Positions 12,634 through 24,452 of a DNA stretch of 64,000 bases are shown here, piece by piece (the first letter of the stretch is position 1; each line of letters starts with the position of its first letter). The translations under genes were made by a program, and so were the position numbers. The notes beneath the pieces are model-generated. The model was not told the DNA's origin. It did no database searches and saw nothing but the letters and a program-made list of their open reading frames with translations. The stretch covers positions 1,116,001 to 1,180,000 of the forward strand of contig RSEE01000004.1 in NCBI GenBank assembly GCA_003971905.1, in the 5' to 3' direction. Origin of the DNA: Moniliella sp. 'wahieum' (lineage: Eukaryota).

Positions 12634-12706
12634 TTGAAACGTTGAACGTCAACTGACCAATGACCAGTGACCGCTGACCGCTGACCGCTGACCGGTGACC
12701 GTTGAA
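12634..12706. repeat. 7-bp-period TGA-N4 array
   Basis: TGA CCAA TGA CCAG TGA CCGC TGA CCGC TGA CCGC TGA CCGG TGA CCGT TGA. Confidence 0.85.
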
Positions 12707-12967
12707 CCTGTGCGTGCGAGCAGGACATGGGCGGACAAATTGCAGCCCCTAGCACGCGTCCATGGCACCCAGGTACAAAGCAGCAGCGCTGAAGCGCTGA
12801 AGCGCACTGAAGGAATGTAGCCCAAGAACCGCATGGGTTGAATCTCAGAAGGACTGCTGTTTCGCCGATTCCGTCCAGGAACGGCGTCCCTGTTACGCGA
12901 GTTGCCGAACTGTCTCTCCGCCCTGTGGCTCTGCCTTACAAATGGGACAGCCCTCTCGTTCAGCATA

Positions 12968-13243
12968 GGCGTCACGCGTCAGCGCCACTGAGGCCCTTGA
13001 ATGAAGCTTGAAGCTTCAACTTGAAGCTTGAAGCTTGAAGGATGATCGATGATGCATGATGTTGATGATGCAGATGCATGATGCATGATGCATGATGCAT
13101 GACATGTGACATGTGACACGTGACGCGTGGACGTCACACGTGTCAAACCTTGGATCTTGGGCCAGAGTCTCACGCTCACTGAGCTCAGGCTCAGTACTCA
13201 GTGCTGGTACTGATTGAGCGAGCACTGAGGCGCTGAGCTCCAT
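12968..13243. repeat. Long compound 7-bp-period palindrome array upstream of the symporter gene
   Basis: TGA AGCT TGA AGCT TGA AGGA TGA TCGA TGA TGCA ... (TGA TGCA)n TGA CATG TGA CATG TGA CACG TGA CGCG, then TCA GTAC TCA. Confidence 0.9.
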
Positions 13244-13659
13244 TATCGGTTAATGATTGCCTGCATTAATCAAGTTTACGTTTATATTAATCGGTTTAAA
13301 TTTAAATTCATTTAAATTTAAAATTTAATCCTACTCGATATCCACACGAATTTCCCGCACAGTGCCCCTCCGCTGGACTGACGGCGTGTGGCCTGTGGCA
13401 TGTGCCCCCTGTTCCTGTTTGCGGCGGGCTGAACGTTGAATCGAAGCCGCATGGCGCCTGCCTCCATCCCAGGCATTGGGCCGAGATGCTGAGAGAAACA
13501 GCGTACAAAATTCACCGCCACCGTTATCCCTTCCTTTTCTCCACCGCCTACGCCTTTGCCTCTCCCCATCGCCTCCTTCGCCCACTCTTCTTCCTGCCTC
13601 CCAGCAACCGCCAACCGCCAACCACCCCCCTCACGACTGCGTGCACGCGCTTCGCCTTC

Positions 13660-16471
13660 ATGACGCAGCACCTCACCACATCCCAGGGCAATGCCCTGGT
13701 CTACTCCACTCTGGTCGGCTTCATGTTTGTTGGCCTCTTTGCCGGCTGGCATGTGAGCCGTAAAGACTACATCTCAGGCGTCCGCACCCAAAGCAGTATG
13801 TTCTCTCCCCTTACTTCCTGACGTTGTGTACGGTGTGGATATTGACATTTTTCTTTTCTCATCCCCTTTCAGTTATCCCACTCACATTGAATTGGATCGC
13901 ATCAAGTTAGTTTTCTCACATACCAGACCCGATGTTTTTGAGCACCAGGAACAGTCTGCGCCTTGTACGGACAAGGCATCCTCGTTTATCGGCAGTCATG
14001 GATCAAGGTATGCAACACGATTTTCATCCCGTTTTTTTTTGGCCTGAAGGGGAAAGTGCCTCGGCACGTAACCCTCGCTCGACACGCACACTAGGTAAGA
14101 GATGGGGCGGCCGCCGGCCAGGCTGGGTTTTCCTCCTGGCAGGGTTCTGCGGCTGCTCTGTCGCTGCACTCGTGCAGTTCACTGTATCTTGCCCTCTCCC
14201 TCTCCTATCTTCCTTCTCTCCTTTCTTGGACCCGAAGGTCCAGTTTGGCTTGGCTCATTGAGCCAAGTAAGTTATTGCTAATTAAGTTTGCAGCTACACT
14301 TCCCGACTTCGCCGTTGGGCTGAAAGCGGTCCCTTTGGATCTAGTCAAGGTGGACGGACGATGGGACGGAGCAGGCCAAGAACGGTGGACTCAGAGATGG
14401 GGGCTGGCCTCAGTAACCCCCTCTTTGGTGTCGTACACAGCCAGTTACGGGTGTCCTTCAGTTTAATGTCTGCCTGCATTTGTTCCTTCGGCGCAAAGCA
14501 AGTGACAAGGCTGTTGGGCTGAGATTATACCGTCATCGCTTTGGTCACTCAGGCCTGAGAGGTGATTCTCTTGCAGTGTCTGTGGGGCTTTTGCGATTGT
14601 ACCTGATCAAGTTCATGCTTGCGAAGGGATGCTGCGTTTGTGCACTTGGCAAAGGAGATGGTGTGGCCATTGGGGTACTTTGGGACACACCCTCTGCCAT
14701 CACTGGATTCCAGTTGGCCTGTTACCTCCCCTTGGTTCTCCTTCTCACCATCCTTCCCCCGTTCCCACTCTTGTTGTGACTTTGGGTTGGAGTTGGGATT
14801 TAACCCATCCCCTCCATCCCATTTGTCTTAACAGAGCTACTTGTGGGTTCCACGTGAACTGCATGGCTGACTTCCCTTGCCTGTTTTTCTGCAGATATGT
14901 CTTCGTCGCTTCTCTTTGGGTATCCCAACTCGCCGTCATCCCAGGCGCCGGGATCTTGGGGCTTGCGCGTACTCATTTGGCACAATTTTGCCTCTTTGGT
15001 TCTTCCTCTGGCTTGGACCTCAGATCCGAAAGTTGGCCCCTGAAGGCTTCGTCCTGAGCTCCTTCTTCCACAAGCGTATGGGTGGTTCTGGGCTGTCTAT
15101 CTGCTCTTTGCGTACGTTCTCTTCTCTCATTAAGAGGTGCAGTGTAAGGTATTGACACTCTTTACTCAGTTCGTCGGATTCATTTTCACGTTCATGCTGG
15201 TAGAGCTCAACACCTACGGGAGTGTTGTGAAACTCTTGGCGGTGTGGATCCCACCATCGGCTCTTGTGGTGGCTATCACGACCACCATCTATACGGCTTA
15301 CGGCGGGTTCCGTGCTTCGCTTTGGACGGACAATGTCAATGCTGTGGTGATCGTCATTCTCATGGTTATGACCGGTGCTGCTATTGGTACCAAACTTGAC
15401 ATCAGTCATGAGCGTATAATCGAATCGGGGTTGACCAAACCGCAATGGCTCGGCGCTAGCTTGTGGTGGGTCTTGCCCGCGGCGCTGGTCTTCAGTCAAA
15501 TGATCAATCAGGGCTTTTGGCAACGTGCCTTTGCCAGTAAGGATGACCGTACCCTCTTTTGGTCTGTGCTCCTGGCCAGCCCCATCTTGTTCGCCATCTG
15601 CTTCTTGGTGGGTATGACCGGCCCCCTGCCCAATGGGCAGGTCTGTTTAATGGACCCACCGATTCGATGATGGAGAGGACACCTTCTTTTACATTTTGGC
15701 TACCTTGCCAGCTGGGTGCAGGGCACCGTTTTGGTTCTTTGTGGTGCCCTGTCATCAAGTGCATACGATACATTCCAATCGGCTCAGATTTCAACCATCT
15801 ATGGCGACTTGTTTATGGGCAAGGTCAACATTTGGATTTGCCGGTTTATCCTTCCTCATCAATGTCCCCTCGGTTGTCTTGGCTGTCAAAACATCGACAT
15901 TCTTGAAGTATTTTCAGTGGCCGATCTGGGGGCCGCTTGCGTGCTTCCCGGTCCTCTGCTTGGTTTGATTCCAGCGCTTTGGTTCCTCAATGGGTTCGAT
16001 GTTTTTATTGGCGCTTGTGGCGGGTTCTTTACTGTCTTCCTCTTTGGCTTGGTCTTTTACAAGGGCGACGTGAAGGAGGCGGGTGATTTGATCGGCCTTC
16101 CCGACGGTCTTTACGTGGAGAACTACTCGGTCTTTGGTGCCTTCTTTGCTGCGCCTATTGGCTCGGTCCTTTGGACCTTTGCTGCGTTTTTGTTCCGTGC
16201 GGCAGGTATGTGGGTTGTCTGCCGTTACACCGGATGGGAGTACGATGTGTTTGACAAGGAGAAGCGCGCCCTTCGTCCCCATGAGTGGACCAACGACGAT
16301 GCTCGTCCGGTTGATCTGCAAAAGGAGGACGTTGAAGGTCAGCCGGACGTCATCCTCCCCTCATTCTCCCCGGACACCAAGCCTGACGATGCCATTGAGC
16401 CCGCTGGGTCTGATTCGAAACATCCCGGCATGGACGAAGAAGCAAGTCAGACATTGTCAAGGACGGCCTGA
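13660..16471 (+). CDS. Sodium:solute symporter family transporter (DUR31/NCU01977-like; probably for thiamine or a precursor). Exon 1 13660-13795, exon 2 13873-13905, exon 3 from 14895
   Basis: Spliced translation MTQHLTTSQGNALVYSTLVGF...GVRTQS|IIPLTLNWIAS|NMSSSLLFGYPQLA..., then TTIYTAYGGFRASLWTDNVN and QGFWQRAFAS; GT-AG introns 13796-13872 and 13906-14894 (branch gctgac at 14866). Confidence 0.88.
14442..14634 (+). ncRNA. TPP (thiamine pyrophosphate) riboswitch aptamer in intron 2 of the symporter
   Basis: P2 acgg(14447)/ccgt(14530); GGTG then P3 gtcc..cagttt/aggctg..gggc; conserved CTGAGATTATACC (14519-14531); conserved ACCTGATCAAGTTCATGCTTGCGAAGGGA (14601-14629) with P5 caagt/gcttg; weak P1 cagt/gctg. 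Confidence 0.92.
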
Positions 16472-16744
16472 TTGCTGGCCCTCCCGAGCTATCCCGAACC
16501 TGATTCCCCCCCTTCGGTGTTTCATCTTACGCCCTTCCTTGAAACCCCCCCTATTCTCCTGTCCCATCCGTACTTCTCCCTGGCCTTGACTGAATCACAG
16601 ACTACTACCCCTGCCCTCTTAGATCTTATGTCGCAACGTGGTTATGAGCTGTAGGATTGCGGAGGCGATGTAGTTATATGTATGTGGACGACGTATGATG
16701 GAGAAGCAACGATAGTAGGATGAAGCTGATGAAGGGAGCCAGGC

Positions 16745-16924
16745 AGGCGCGCTACCTTAGGTGTGGGAACGGATGCCGGGCACCAGAGGGTCCTGATCTC
16801 CTGGTGGTTCCCTGGTTCCTTAAGCGGGGTTGGCGCTATCAAGCAGCACACCCAAGATGAATGGGTCGGGTTAGGCGCAGCGTTTCTTCTCCCCCAGCCT
16901 TAAGCTCTGTGAATGATATCGATG
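16745..16924 (-). repeat. Dispersed repeat, copy 3 (truncated, ~180 bp)
   Basis: cgcgctaccttaggtgtgggaacggatgccgggcaccagagggtcctgatctcctgg...caagatgaatgggtc...cagccttaagctctgtgaatgatat aligns with copies 1 and 2. Confidence 0.88.
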
Positions 16925-17023
16925 AATAGACAGATTAGTACAAAATAATGGCACGAAGACATGAAAACGAGGTGTCCAACTAGGACAAAAGTGACTCGCT
17001 AATAGCTTCACCCTAGTACTCAA

Positions 17024-17053
17024 AAGCTTCAAGCTTCTTCAAGCTTCAAGCTT
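17024..17053. repeat. AAGCTT-C heptamer array upstream of eIF4A
   Basis: aagcttcaagcttcttcaagcttcaagctt. Confidence 0.8.
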
Positions 17054-17567
17054 TTTGCCGCAGCTCCGTCCCCGCACGGAAAGCCAATATAGCTTTTCAT
17101 CCCGCCGCCGTGCAACTCATGCGCGGGGGCGGCCTGGAGTGGCACGGCGCCAGTGGCCCGCCCTCCCTCGGGCCTGCTCACGCTCGCATGGGCCAGCGCT
17201 GGCGCTGCTGCCCCTGCTGACCCGCTCAACCCCCAGCACAGCGTCAGTGTCCTCCGCCTCGCCTCTTTAGGAGCGCATATACGCGCACAGCCGATACGAG
17301 GCCTGGCTTGCCACCGACCGCTGCTGGACCGATGCCTGTCTCTGCTTTCCACCACCACCTCCACGCAGGCCCGCTTCCGCACTCAGTGCGTATTGCCCAA
17401 GCCCGTCCGGCTCTTGTCCGTGCTGCGACTGACCTTCTGTGCACTTCCGTTATCCTTTTCTACCTCTGCTCCTCTCATACACCATAGGAAAGAGCACCCT
17501 CGTAACCCATCCATTTGTTCACTATGTCGGGATTGATCCCGTTGCTTCTGGCGGTAGCACCGATCCT

Positions 17568-18732
17568 ATGGCTGAGCCTTCGATTGAGTCCAACTGGAAC
17601 CTGGTTGTCGATAACTTCGACACCATGGAGCTCAAGACGGAACTCTTGCACGGCGTATACGCTTACGGGTTTGAGAAGCCCTCGTCCATTCAGGCGCGTG
17701 CGATCGTTCCCATTATCAAGGGAAACGACGTGATTGCCCAGGCCCAGTCGGGCACCGGCAAGACAGCTACGTTCTCTATCGCCATTCTCCAGCGCATTAA
17801 CGAGACTGTCAACAAGACCCAAGCTCTTGTTCTGGCACCAACTCGTGAGTTGGCTTTGCAAATCCAGAAGGTCATCCTTTCTCTGGTCGAATACCTCAAA
17901 ATCAACTGCCACGCCTGCGTCGGCGGCACTCGCATCTCGGAAGATATTGCTCGCCTTCAAGAGGGACCCCACATTGTTGTTGGTACCCCTGGTCGTGTGT
18001 TTGACATGATTGACCGTGGTCACTTTGTCACTAGCAATCTCAAGATGTTCTGCCTTGACGAAGCCGATGAGATGCTCTCTAAGGGGTTCAAAGAACAGAT
18101 GTATGAGATTTTCCAACGCCTACCCCAGGACACTCAAGTTGTTCTCCTCTCCGCTACCATGCCCACCGATGTGCTGGAGGTGACCAAGAAGTTTATGCGT
18201 AACCCTGTGCGCATTTTAGTCAAGCGTGACGAGCTGACCCTTGAGGGTATTCGTCAGTTCTTCGTCTCCATCGGAAAAGAAGACTGGAAGCTGGCCACGC
18301 TATGCGACTTGTACGAGACACTCACTATCACCCAGGCCGTCATATTCTGCAACACGCGCCGCAAGGTCGATTGGCTCACTGATCAACTTACGAAACAGGA
18401 ATTCACCGTCTCGGCCATGCACGGTGACATGGAGCAATCGCAGCGTGACGTAATTATGCAAGAGTTCCGTTCGGCTCCTCTCGTATTCTCATCACGACAG
18501 ACCTGCTTGCCCGTGGCATTGATGTTCAACAGGTGTCACTAGTGATTAACTATGACCTTCCTACCAACCGCGAGAACTATATTCACCGCATTGGCCGTGG
18601 CGGTCGCTTTGGCCGTAAGGGCGTCGCCATCAACTTTGTCACTGAGGATGATATCTCCATGATGCGCGAGATCGAGAAATTCTACTCGACTCAAATTGAG
18701 GAGATGCCGATGGACATTGCTGACTGATTTAA
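17568..18732 (+). CDS. TIF1: Translation initiation factor eIF4A (DEAD-box helicase); one apparent assembly frameshift near 18473; start may be the upstream ATG at 17524
   Basis: [69 protein letters not shown]. Confidence 0.97.
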
Positions 18733-19228
18733 GGTCGTGCAACTTGGGATATCCATCATCTCCATTTTCCCCTTCCCCATTCGCCCCAACAGCTCAAGAT
18801 GACTTGACGATTTCCTGACCCTGTTCCGCATTGTTCACTATGATTCCCCCGTATGCCTGAAAACAACAATAAGGGGGAATACATCAAACGTTGACCTGAC
18901 ACGGGGCCAACAAACGCATTCATGCATATGTGTGATACGATGTGCCTCCCCTATTCTCATACCTCTCTAGGTTACCCTGCGCGTTATCGCACGTCCTCAT
19001 TCATCCCCCAGACCAACCAATATGAAATCCTATTGATAGGCATATAGTACTGTGTGAACCTGATGAAAGTGATCCGCCTCACCGCCTCACTCCTTGACCA
19101 CCCTGCATCTGCTGAGCGCACGATCTTTCCTCCTGGAGATGAATTGGGAAGACAGGAGCTCGCTTCCTCAGGTCGCCTTAAACCCTGCTTCTTGTGCAGG
19201 GTAATTTTACTTTGTTCAACAGATAAGA

Positions 19229-19328
19229 GGTCGGATGGTCTAGCTGGTCATGACGTACGCTTCACATCCTGGAGCAACAGGTCTCGTTGAGACGCGTAAG
19301 GTCCCCGGTTCGATCCCGGGTTCGATCA
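19229..19328 (+). tRNA. tRNA-Val(CAC) with a 26-nt intron (19267-19292)
   Basis: Acceptor GGTCGGA/TTCGATC, anticodon stem TACGC/GCGTA, loop TT-CAC-A^C, T-arm CCCGG TTCGATC CCGGG, followed by a poly-T Pol III terminator. Confidence 0.95.
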
Positions 19329-19759
19329 TATTTTTTTTTAGCGATTAACCTCACCCAACCAGTACTACTATTAAGAGAGCTGTGTGTGGAGTTCGCTCTT
19401 ACCAGTAGGTGGTACTCCAAATGCAGTGGTAAGGGACCCCCCCGCCCCCCCCGAAAACCATTACCGTGGTCATCGACCTCAACAACCATCATCATTTTGG
19501 CCTCTCAGAGCAAAGAAGGTAGTCTCCCATGAATCCCCTGGGAGAGGGTAAGATGAAAACAGATAAGCCAAGAGAGTATACCATGTGAGTATAGTATACC
19601 GACGTATGGAGAGATGCGAGACTCACATCAAAAAAAGAAAAGAGTAAAATACTTGTGTGATGGTCATCCAGGTCATCGAGGTCATCAGATGCATCAGGCA
19701 GAGGTATCATCCAGCGTGCTTTCAGCGTGACGTTCAAAACAGAGTGGCAGAATGATGCA

Positions 19760-21200
19760 CGGTAAAAATAAAATCGCGCCGATGACGTCTTTGGGGACAA
19801 GAGTAGAAAGAGACGAGAGGGGAATACACATATATACTCTTATGGCGTATCCGGGGTGCCCCACTCAGACTGAGGGATGCTCCCTTGAAGTGCAGACTGG
19901 CCACAGGCAGAGGACCACATGTCCGAAGCATTGTGGCCCACGTTGGGGACAACACAAAACTGATGGTGGAAAGGTCCGGAGGTGATTGCATGGACATTGG
20001 GGGCGATACTCGAGTATTTCGGAAATTGGCTCAAACGGTCCTGACCGCCCACATTGGTAGAGTTTTCGGCACCAGCCACAAGTGCCTTGTAGACCCAATA
20101 GTCGTACCCGCGTTGCGTCGGCTGTGCCCTCCTTGGGCCATAGCTGAGCAGGATTCGTCTCCATTGGGGTATCGAGAGTGGGTGTCCATGTCGCCCACCA
20201 TAGTCAACAGGCGGCGGGAAGAAACATACCGCTTCAACATGGTCTCAGTGCCTTTCCAACGGGATGATGCGTAGCGAATGCTACTGATCCCCTTTACCCC
20301 ATAGTCCCAATCGTTCCAGCCCGAACAGGACGATGGGGAGAAAAAGTCTTTACCAGGGCGGTAGGATGTAAAGTAGGGTAATGTGGGATTGTTAGCTGCC
20401 ACATAGACCACATCGGTGGATGATGAGGTCCAGTCGTCGGCAAGGAGTGCATAGCGGGAGACAAATCCCCCTCCGTCGGAATGCCCGACAAAGTAAACGG
20501 ATTCCAAATGTGGGTACTTGCTGCGGTCCGTAAACTGCTGGCGCAGCCAGTCGAATGTGTCATAGGAAGAACAGATCTCCTGTGCGTTGGAAGCATCTTC
20601 ACCTGACACCCAAGAGATCTCGGAGGACCAAGCAAGGTCGCGGTCTTTGTTGTACCAATTGTTTGACTCCCCGTCATAGTCAGACTGGAGATAGAAGTTG
20701 GGGGCAACGACAACCGTGTGGTGCTGAGATCGACATTGTTGGCCAAATCTGAAAAGGTCTGGTCAAAGTCGCGCAAGCTTCCATGCTGGGCTACCATGGC
20801 GATGCTCGCTCTAGAAGGTGTAGATGCGTTATTGGGGTCAACCCACAAGTGTGAGGTCATGAAAGGGATGCGGAAGGAAGTTCCGCTACACGGGGCGTAG
20901 GTGTGGAAGGTTGCGTGCTTGGGGGGGTTGGGTGTAGCTGCAATACCAGGGACGGGTGCAGTTGTGACCATAGTGGCCACTGACAATATAGCCCTCCAAT
21001 AAGGTAGACGCCAAGGATCATTGCTGGGGCCGTTTCGCGAACAGGAGAGGGTAATATATCGGCCGCAGTCGGAGTATTAGCCCGCCTGTAGAGCGTAGTA
21101 TTGCTGCGGTGTTGGATGGAGATGGTAACAACTACTAAAACACTGCGATGGCCCACAAAAGGAGAGAGCCCCAGCGAAAGACGATGATGGGGGAGGAGAG
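19760..21200 (-). CDS. Secreted alpha/beta-hydrolase-fold protein (esterase-like); boundaries approximate
   Basis: AMVAQHGSLRDF, nucleophile elbow VYFVGHSDGGGFVSRYA, YVAANNP, MVGDMD, SCSAMAQGG; hydrophobic N-terminal stretch near 21140-21190. Confidence 0.7.
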
Positions 21201-21815
21201 ACTTTGGTCTGAAGACACTCTATAAAAATGATAAAAGGGAAATATAGAGAGAGAGAGCTCTAAGAGTTGATATGCTGGCTCACATACAACAGGCAGAATG
21301 GGAAGGGACTGACGTATGTATGTGCAGATAAATGTAGAGACCAGAAGACAAAAGAGGAAGCTATCACGCGTTTTCACAATGAGTACGGATAAACAGTATG
21401 AAATGGGGCCCCGATCAATCATGTATATGGTGTGGTGTTCTGCGCTATCCCGCGTGTGTTGCGGTGCGTTGCGGTATGTTGCAGTATGTTTTGCGGTGCA
21501 CTGTGGTGGATGTGTGTGGCATGTTCATGAAATGTCGAGAAAGAGCAGCACTTATTGCTTGAGTGCGGGGAGGAACAATCTTTATTCAAGAGAAAAAAAG
21601 AAATGGTAAAGTGCAAAAGAAGCAGGGCAGCACACTCTGTCTCATTCACAACGCTACTAAGTACTAAGGATGCTTCGCTTACACACCCACAATAGCAGTC
21701 GGCCTGTCTCTTCCGTACCTATGCCATGATGCAGATCGATGAGTACTCGATGAGTAGAGGATGTATATGGGACGCCGAATCTCCGAAAACACGTATCGCC
21801 GCTGCTGGCCAAGTA

Positions 21816-21866
21816 TTACATTTACATGTTACATGTTACACCAGCTTATATTTTGTAACATGTAAC
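21816..21866. repeat. ACATGT-T/A heptamer array
   Basis: ttacatttacatgttacatgttaca ... tgtaacatgtaac. Confidence 0.75.
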
Positions 21867-22998
21867 CCGAGAATTTGGCATACGTGGATGCGCCAGACAT
21901 ACGCAGCCACATGCCTTTTGTATTGCCTTCGTGTGTCTGTTCATATTGTCAAACACCACACATGCATTTACACACTCCACAATGCCCTTCGTCTCTCACT
22001 CGCTCCGTTGTACCCACCGCAGGAGCGATTTTCCTCTTCTTCCTTCGCTAGTTATGGCTTTAGCGCTTATCAGCAAGCGTTTCGACCCGTGTTGTACTAT
22101 GTGTATGCATATACAAATAGTACCACCGCGTGGCTCATGCTTTGGCTAACGTCCCTTCAGTTCCTCCTCAGGTCTAGGAGTTCCGCTGTCTTCTCTCGGT
22201 TTTTTCCTTTTCTGCAGATTAGCCCCTGGTGGCGAGTCACTGCTTGATGTTCCTCTGTAGGTGTTACTGGTTGGCTTAGACCACTACCACCACACTAGTG
22301 CGATTGCATCACTCTCGAGGACCATCCAGACTCCAGAGGTCTCATCAAGTAGTAAGTGCTATTGTGCCGTAACCACCTGGCGAAGCGGATGGCCCCTGCT
22401 TCCTCTCGCTGCCTTTGCCTGATTAATGATTCTGGATGCTGCTCACATGACGCTCACATCGCTTATTTTGCTATTGTGCTGCTATGGTGACTGGCTTCAC
22501 CGGCTGTGAGACACTTCCGTCCCACTCTAGCCCCTGAGACTCTGCCGACTCCGACGGCTGTGGTGGCGCGCATGTGGCCACGTATTATAAGCCAGAGGGA
22601 CTATTAGTATAATTATAGCCTTCTCCTGTATTATAACCTCGTCCCCTGTTTCCTACCACCGACGCCTATCTCTCGCCCACAATCGATCGCCTATAGCCTG
22701 CGGTCATATACGATTTAGTATCCATTTCGGTCTCCATATCCGGGTTATCAGGATGTCGCTAATACAGTTGGTCCTTTTGTGCCCCGGGCGAGTTGCATGA
22801 TGCATGATGCATGGGACCTGTGTTTGAGCTTTCGGAAAAGATCAGGAACTTAATGGAGATGGACCACATATGTTACGGGGCCCCAGATGACATGTGACAT
22901 GTGACACAAGGGAGGTGATATGTTTGTGCGTACCGGAAGATGGCACACGAGAGAACCACCGCAACTGTCATGGGGGAAGTACCGAGGTGGTAACCCCC

Positions 22999-23562
22999 TG
23001 TAGTTTAGGGGTATAAATATAAACCCTTGGACAGGTCAATCGGTGTATCGTACCTTAGGTTCTGCTCCAGATCCTGGTTAAACCGAGCGGGTGTAGAGGC
23101 GAGGGAGAGACCCTCTATTAGTTTGGGTGGCTGCCTGCGTGCAAAGGCCGCAGCTCAGACCCTCCGAGATAGGAGCCGCGTACGTAGGTCGTTAGACCAG
23201 TTGAAGGGGGCCAGGGCTCCGAAGTTACTCTGTTCCTCACAGCGTTACTACACTCGGTACGCTGTAGTAGGCGGGAACAGACAGAGTCCTAAAGAAGAGC
23301 AAGCGCTACTGATGCATGATGAGAGTAACCGCGGCTTGCAGCGTACTCGACGTAAGTCGTAAATTCGTAAGCGTAAAGGGTGTGGTAGAAGATGGAAGGG
23401 CGAGAGAGGAACGGGTAGTCGTGGAGACCAAAGAGGAGACAGGATAGTCGACAAGGACCACAGCTAGGAAGCCTTAGACATGGCTGCTTTTATATACAAC
23501 AGAAGGAAGCAGGCCTCAAGTGCCTCATGACAGGTATAGACAGAATGTGGGTTAGGGTTACA
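22999..23562 (-). mobile_element. Probable solo LTR remnant
   Basis: TGTA...TACA inverted termini, minus-strand TATATAAAAG box (~23487-23496), strong purine/pyrimidine strand skew; no target-site duplication found. Confidence 0.4.
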
Positions 23563-24452
23563 CTTTCCTGTGAGGCAAAGACTAATGCACAACAGCCCAT
23601 GCTTTAATTTGACTTCTTGGGAAACAAAAGCACACAGAATGCGTCAAGAACTTGGCGTATATACCATGGATACCATCCCAGCACTGCAGAAACCTTTCTT
23701 CCTCCTATATAGTGAGCGCCTATAGCCCCATGCCTCACTGGCCGAGTTCAGACTCAGCTGGCACCGATGCGCTCGATGCTTATTAACCCCAGTGTCTCCA
23801 GTGTCTCTCTCAGATCCCACATATTGTGACCGGTGACCGCGTCAGCCAGAGCCCGGAGGCCCTGAAGTTCGGACTCAGCGCCCTCGTTGAACGTTGATGA
23901 ACGTTGAACTGGCTACGTTCGGTGCAACAATGTCAGTTGTGGATGAAAACGTCATACAGGGGGGGTAACCGGTAAGGATGACGACGAGTGTGTGTGTGGG
24001 GAGCGCCTTTGTGCACTTTTGTATCGCTCACTTGCGTGGCTGGCGCATACCACCATCTCGATAGCAAAACAGCCAAGCACATCGCAGCTGTACCTCGCTC
24101 TTCCTTTGAGCCATGGTAACGGAGCATCACTTTCGAGATGACCTCAGTCTCACTCATTTTCATACCCGGCACTGGCCTGCGTCCCTGCCCTCCTCTGTGG
24201 TCTGATGGCCGGTATCGCCCTCTAAAGCGACTCTGGGCTGTGGACTGACCGGGCTCAGTAGGAATCCCGGGTGAATCATCTCTCTTGGACGCTATCGTGC
24301 TGTGTCCGGAGACTGACGCCCAAAAGGTATGACGTTCACCGTTGTGTGAGAGATAATACCAAAACAGATGGATCAACATTCACTCCATCAGCCCCTCTCT
24401 TTCTTCCATATAGCACCCACACCACCATCATCACCACGTTTTCTCCATCATA

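Noticed and set aside
16640..16649. GGTTATGAGC resembling a fungal Copia primer-binding site
   Set aside because: No adjacent LTR end or downstream gag; too short to support.
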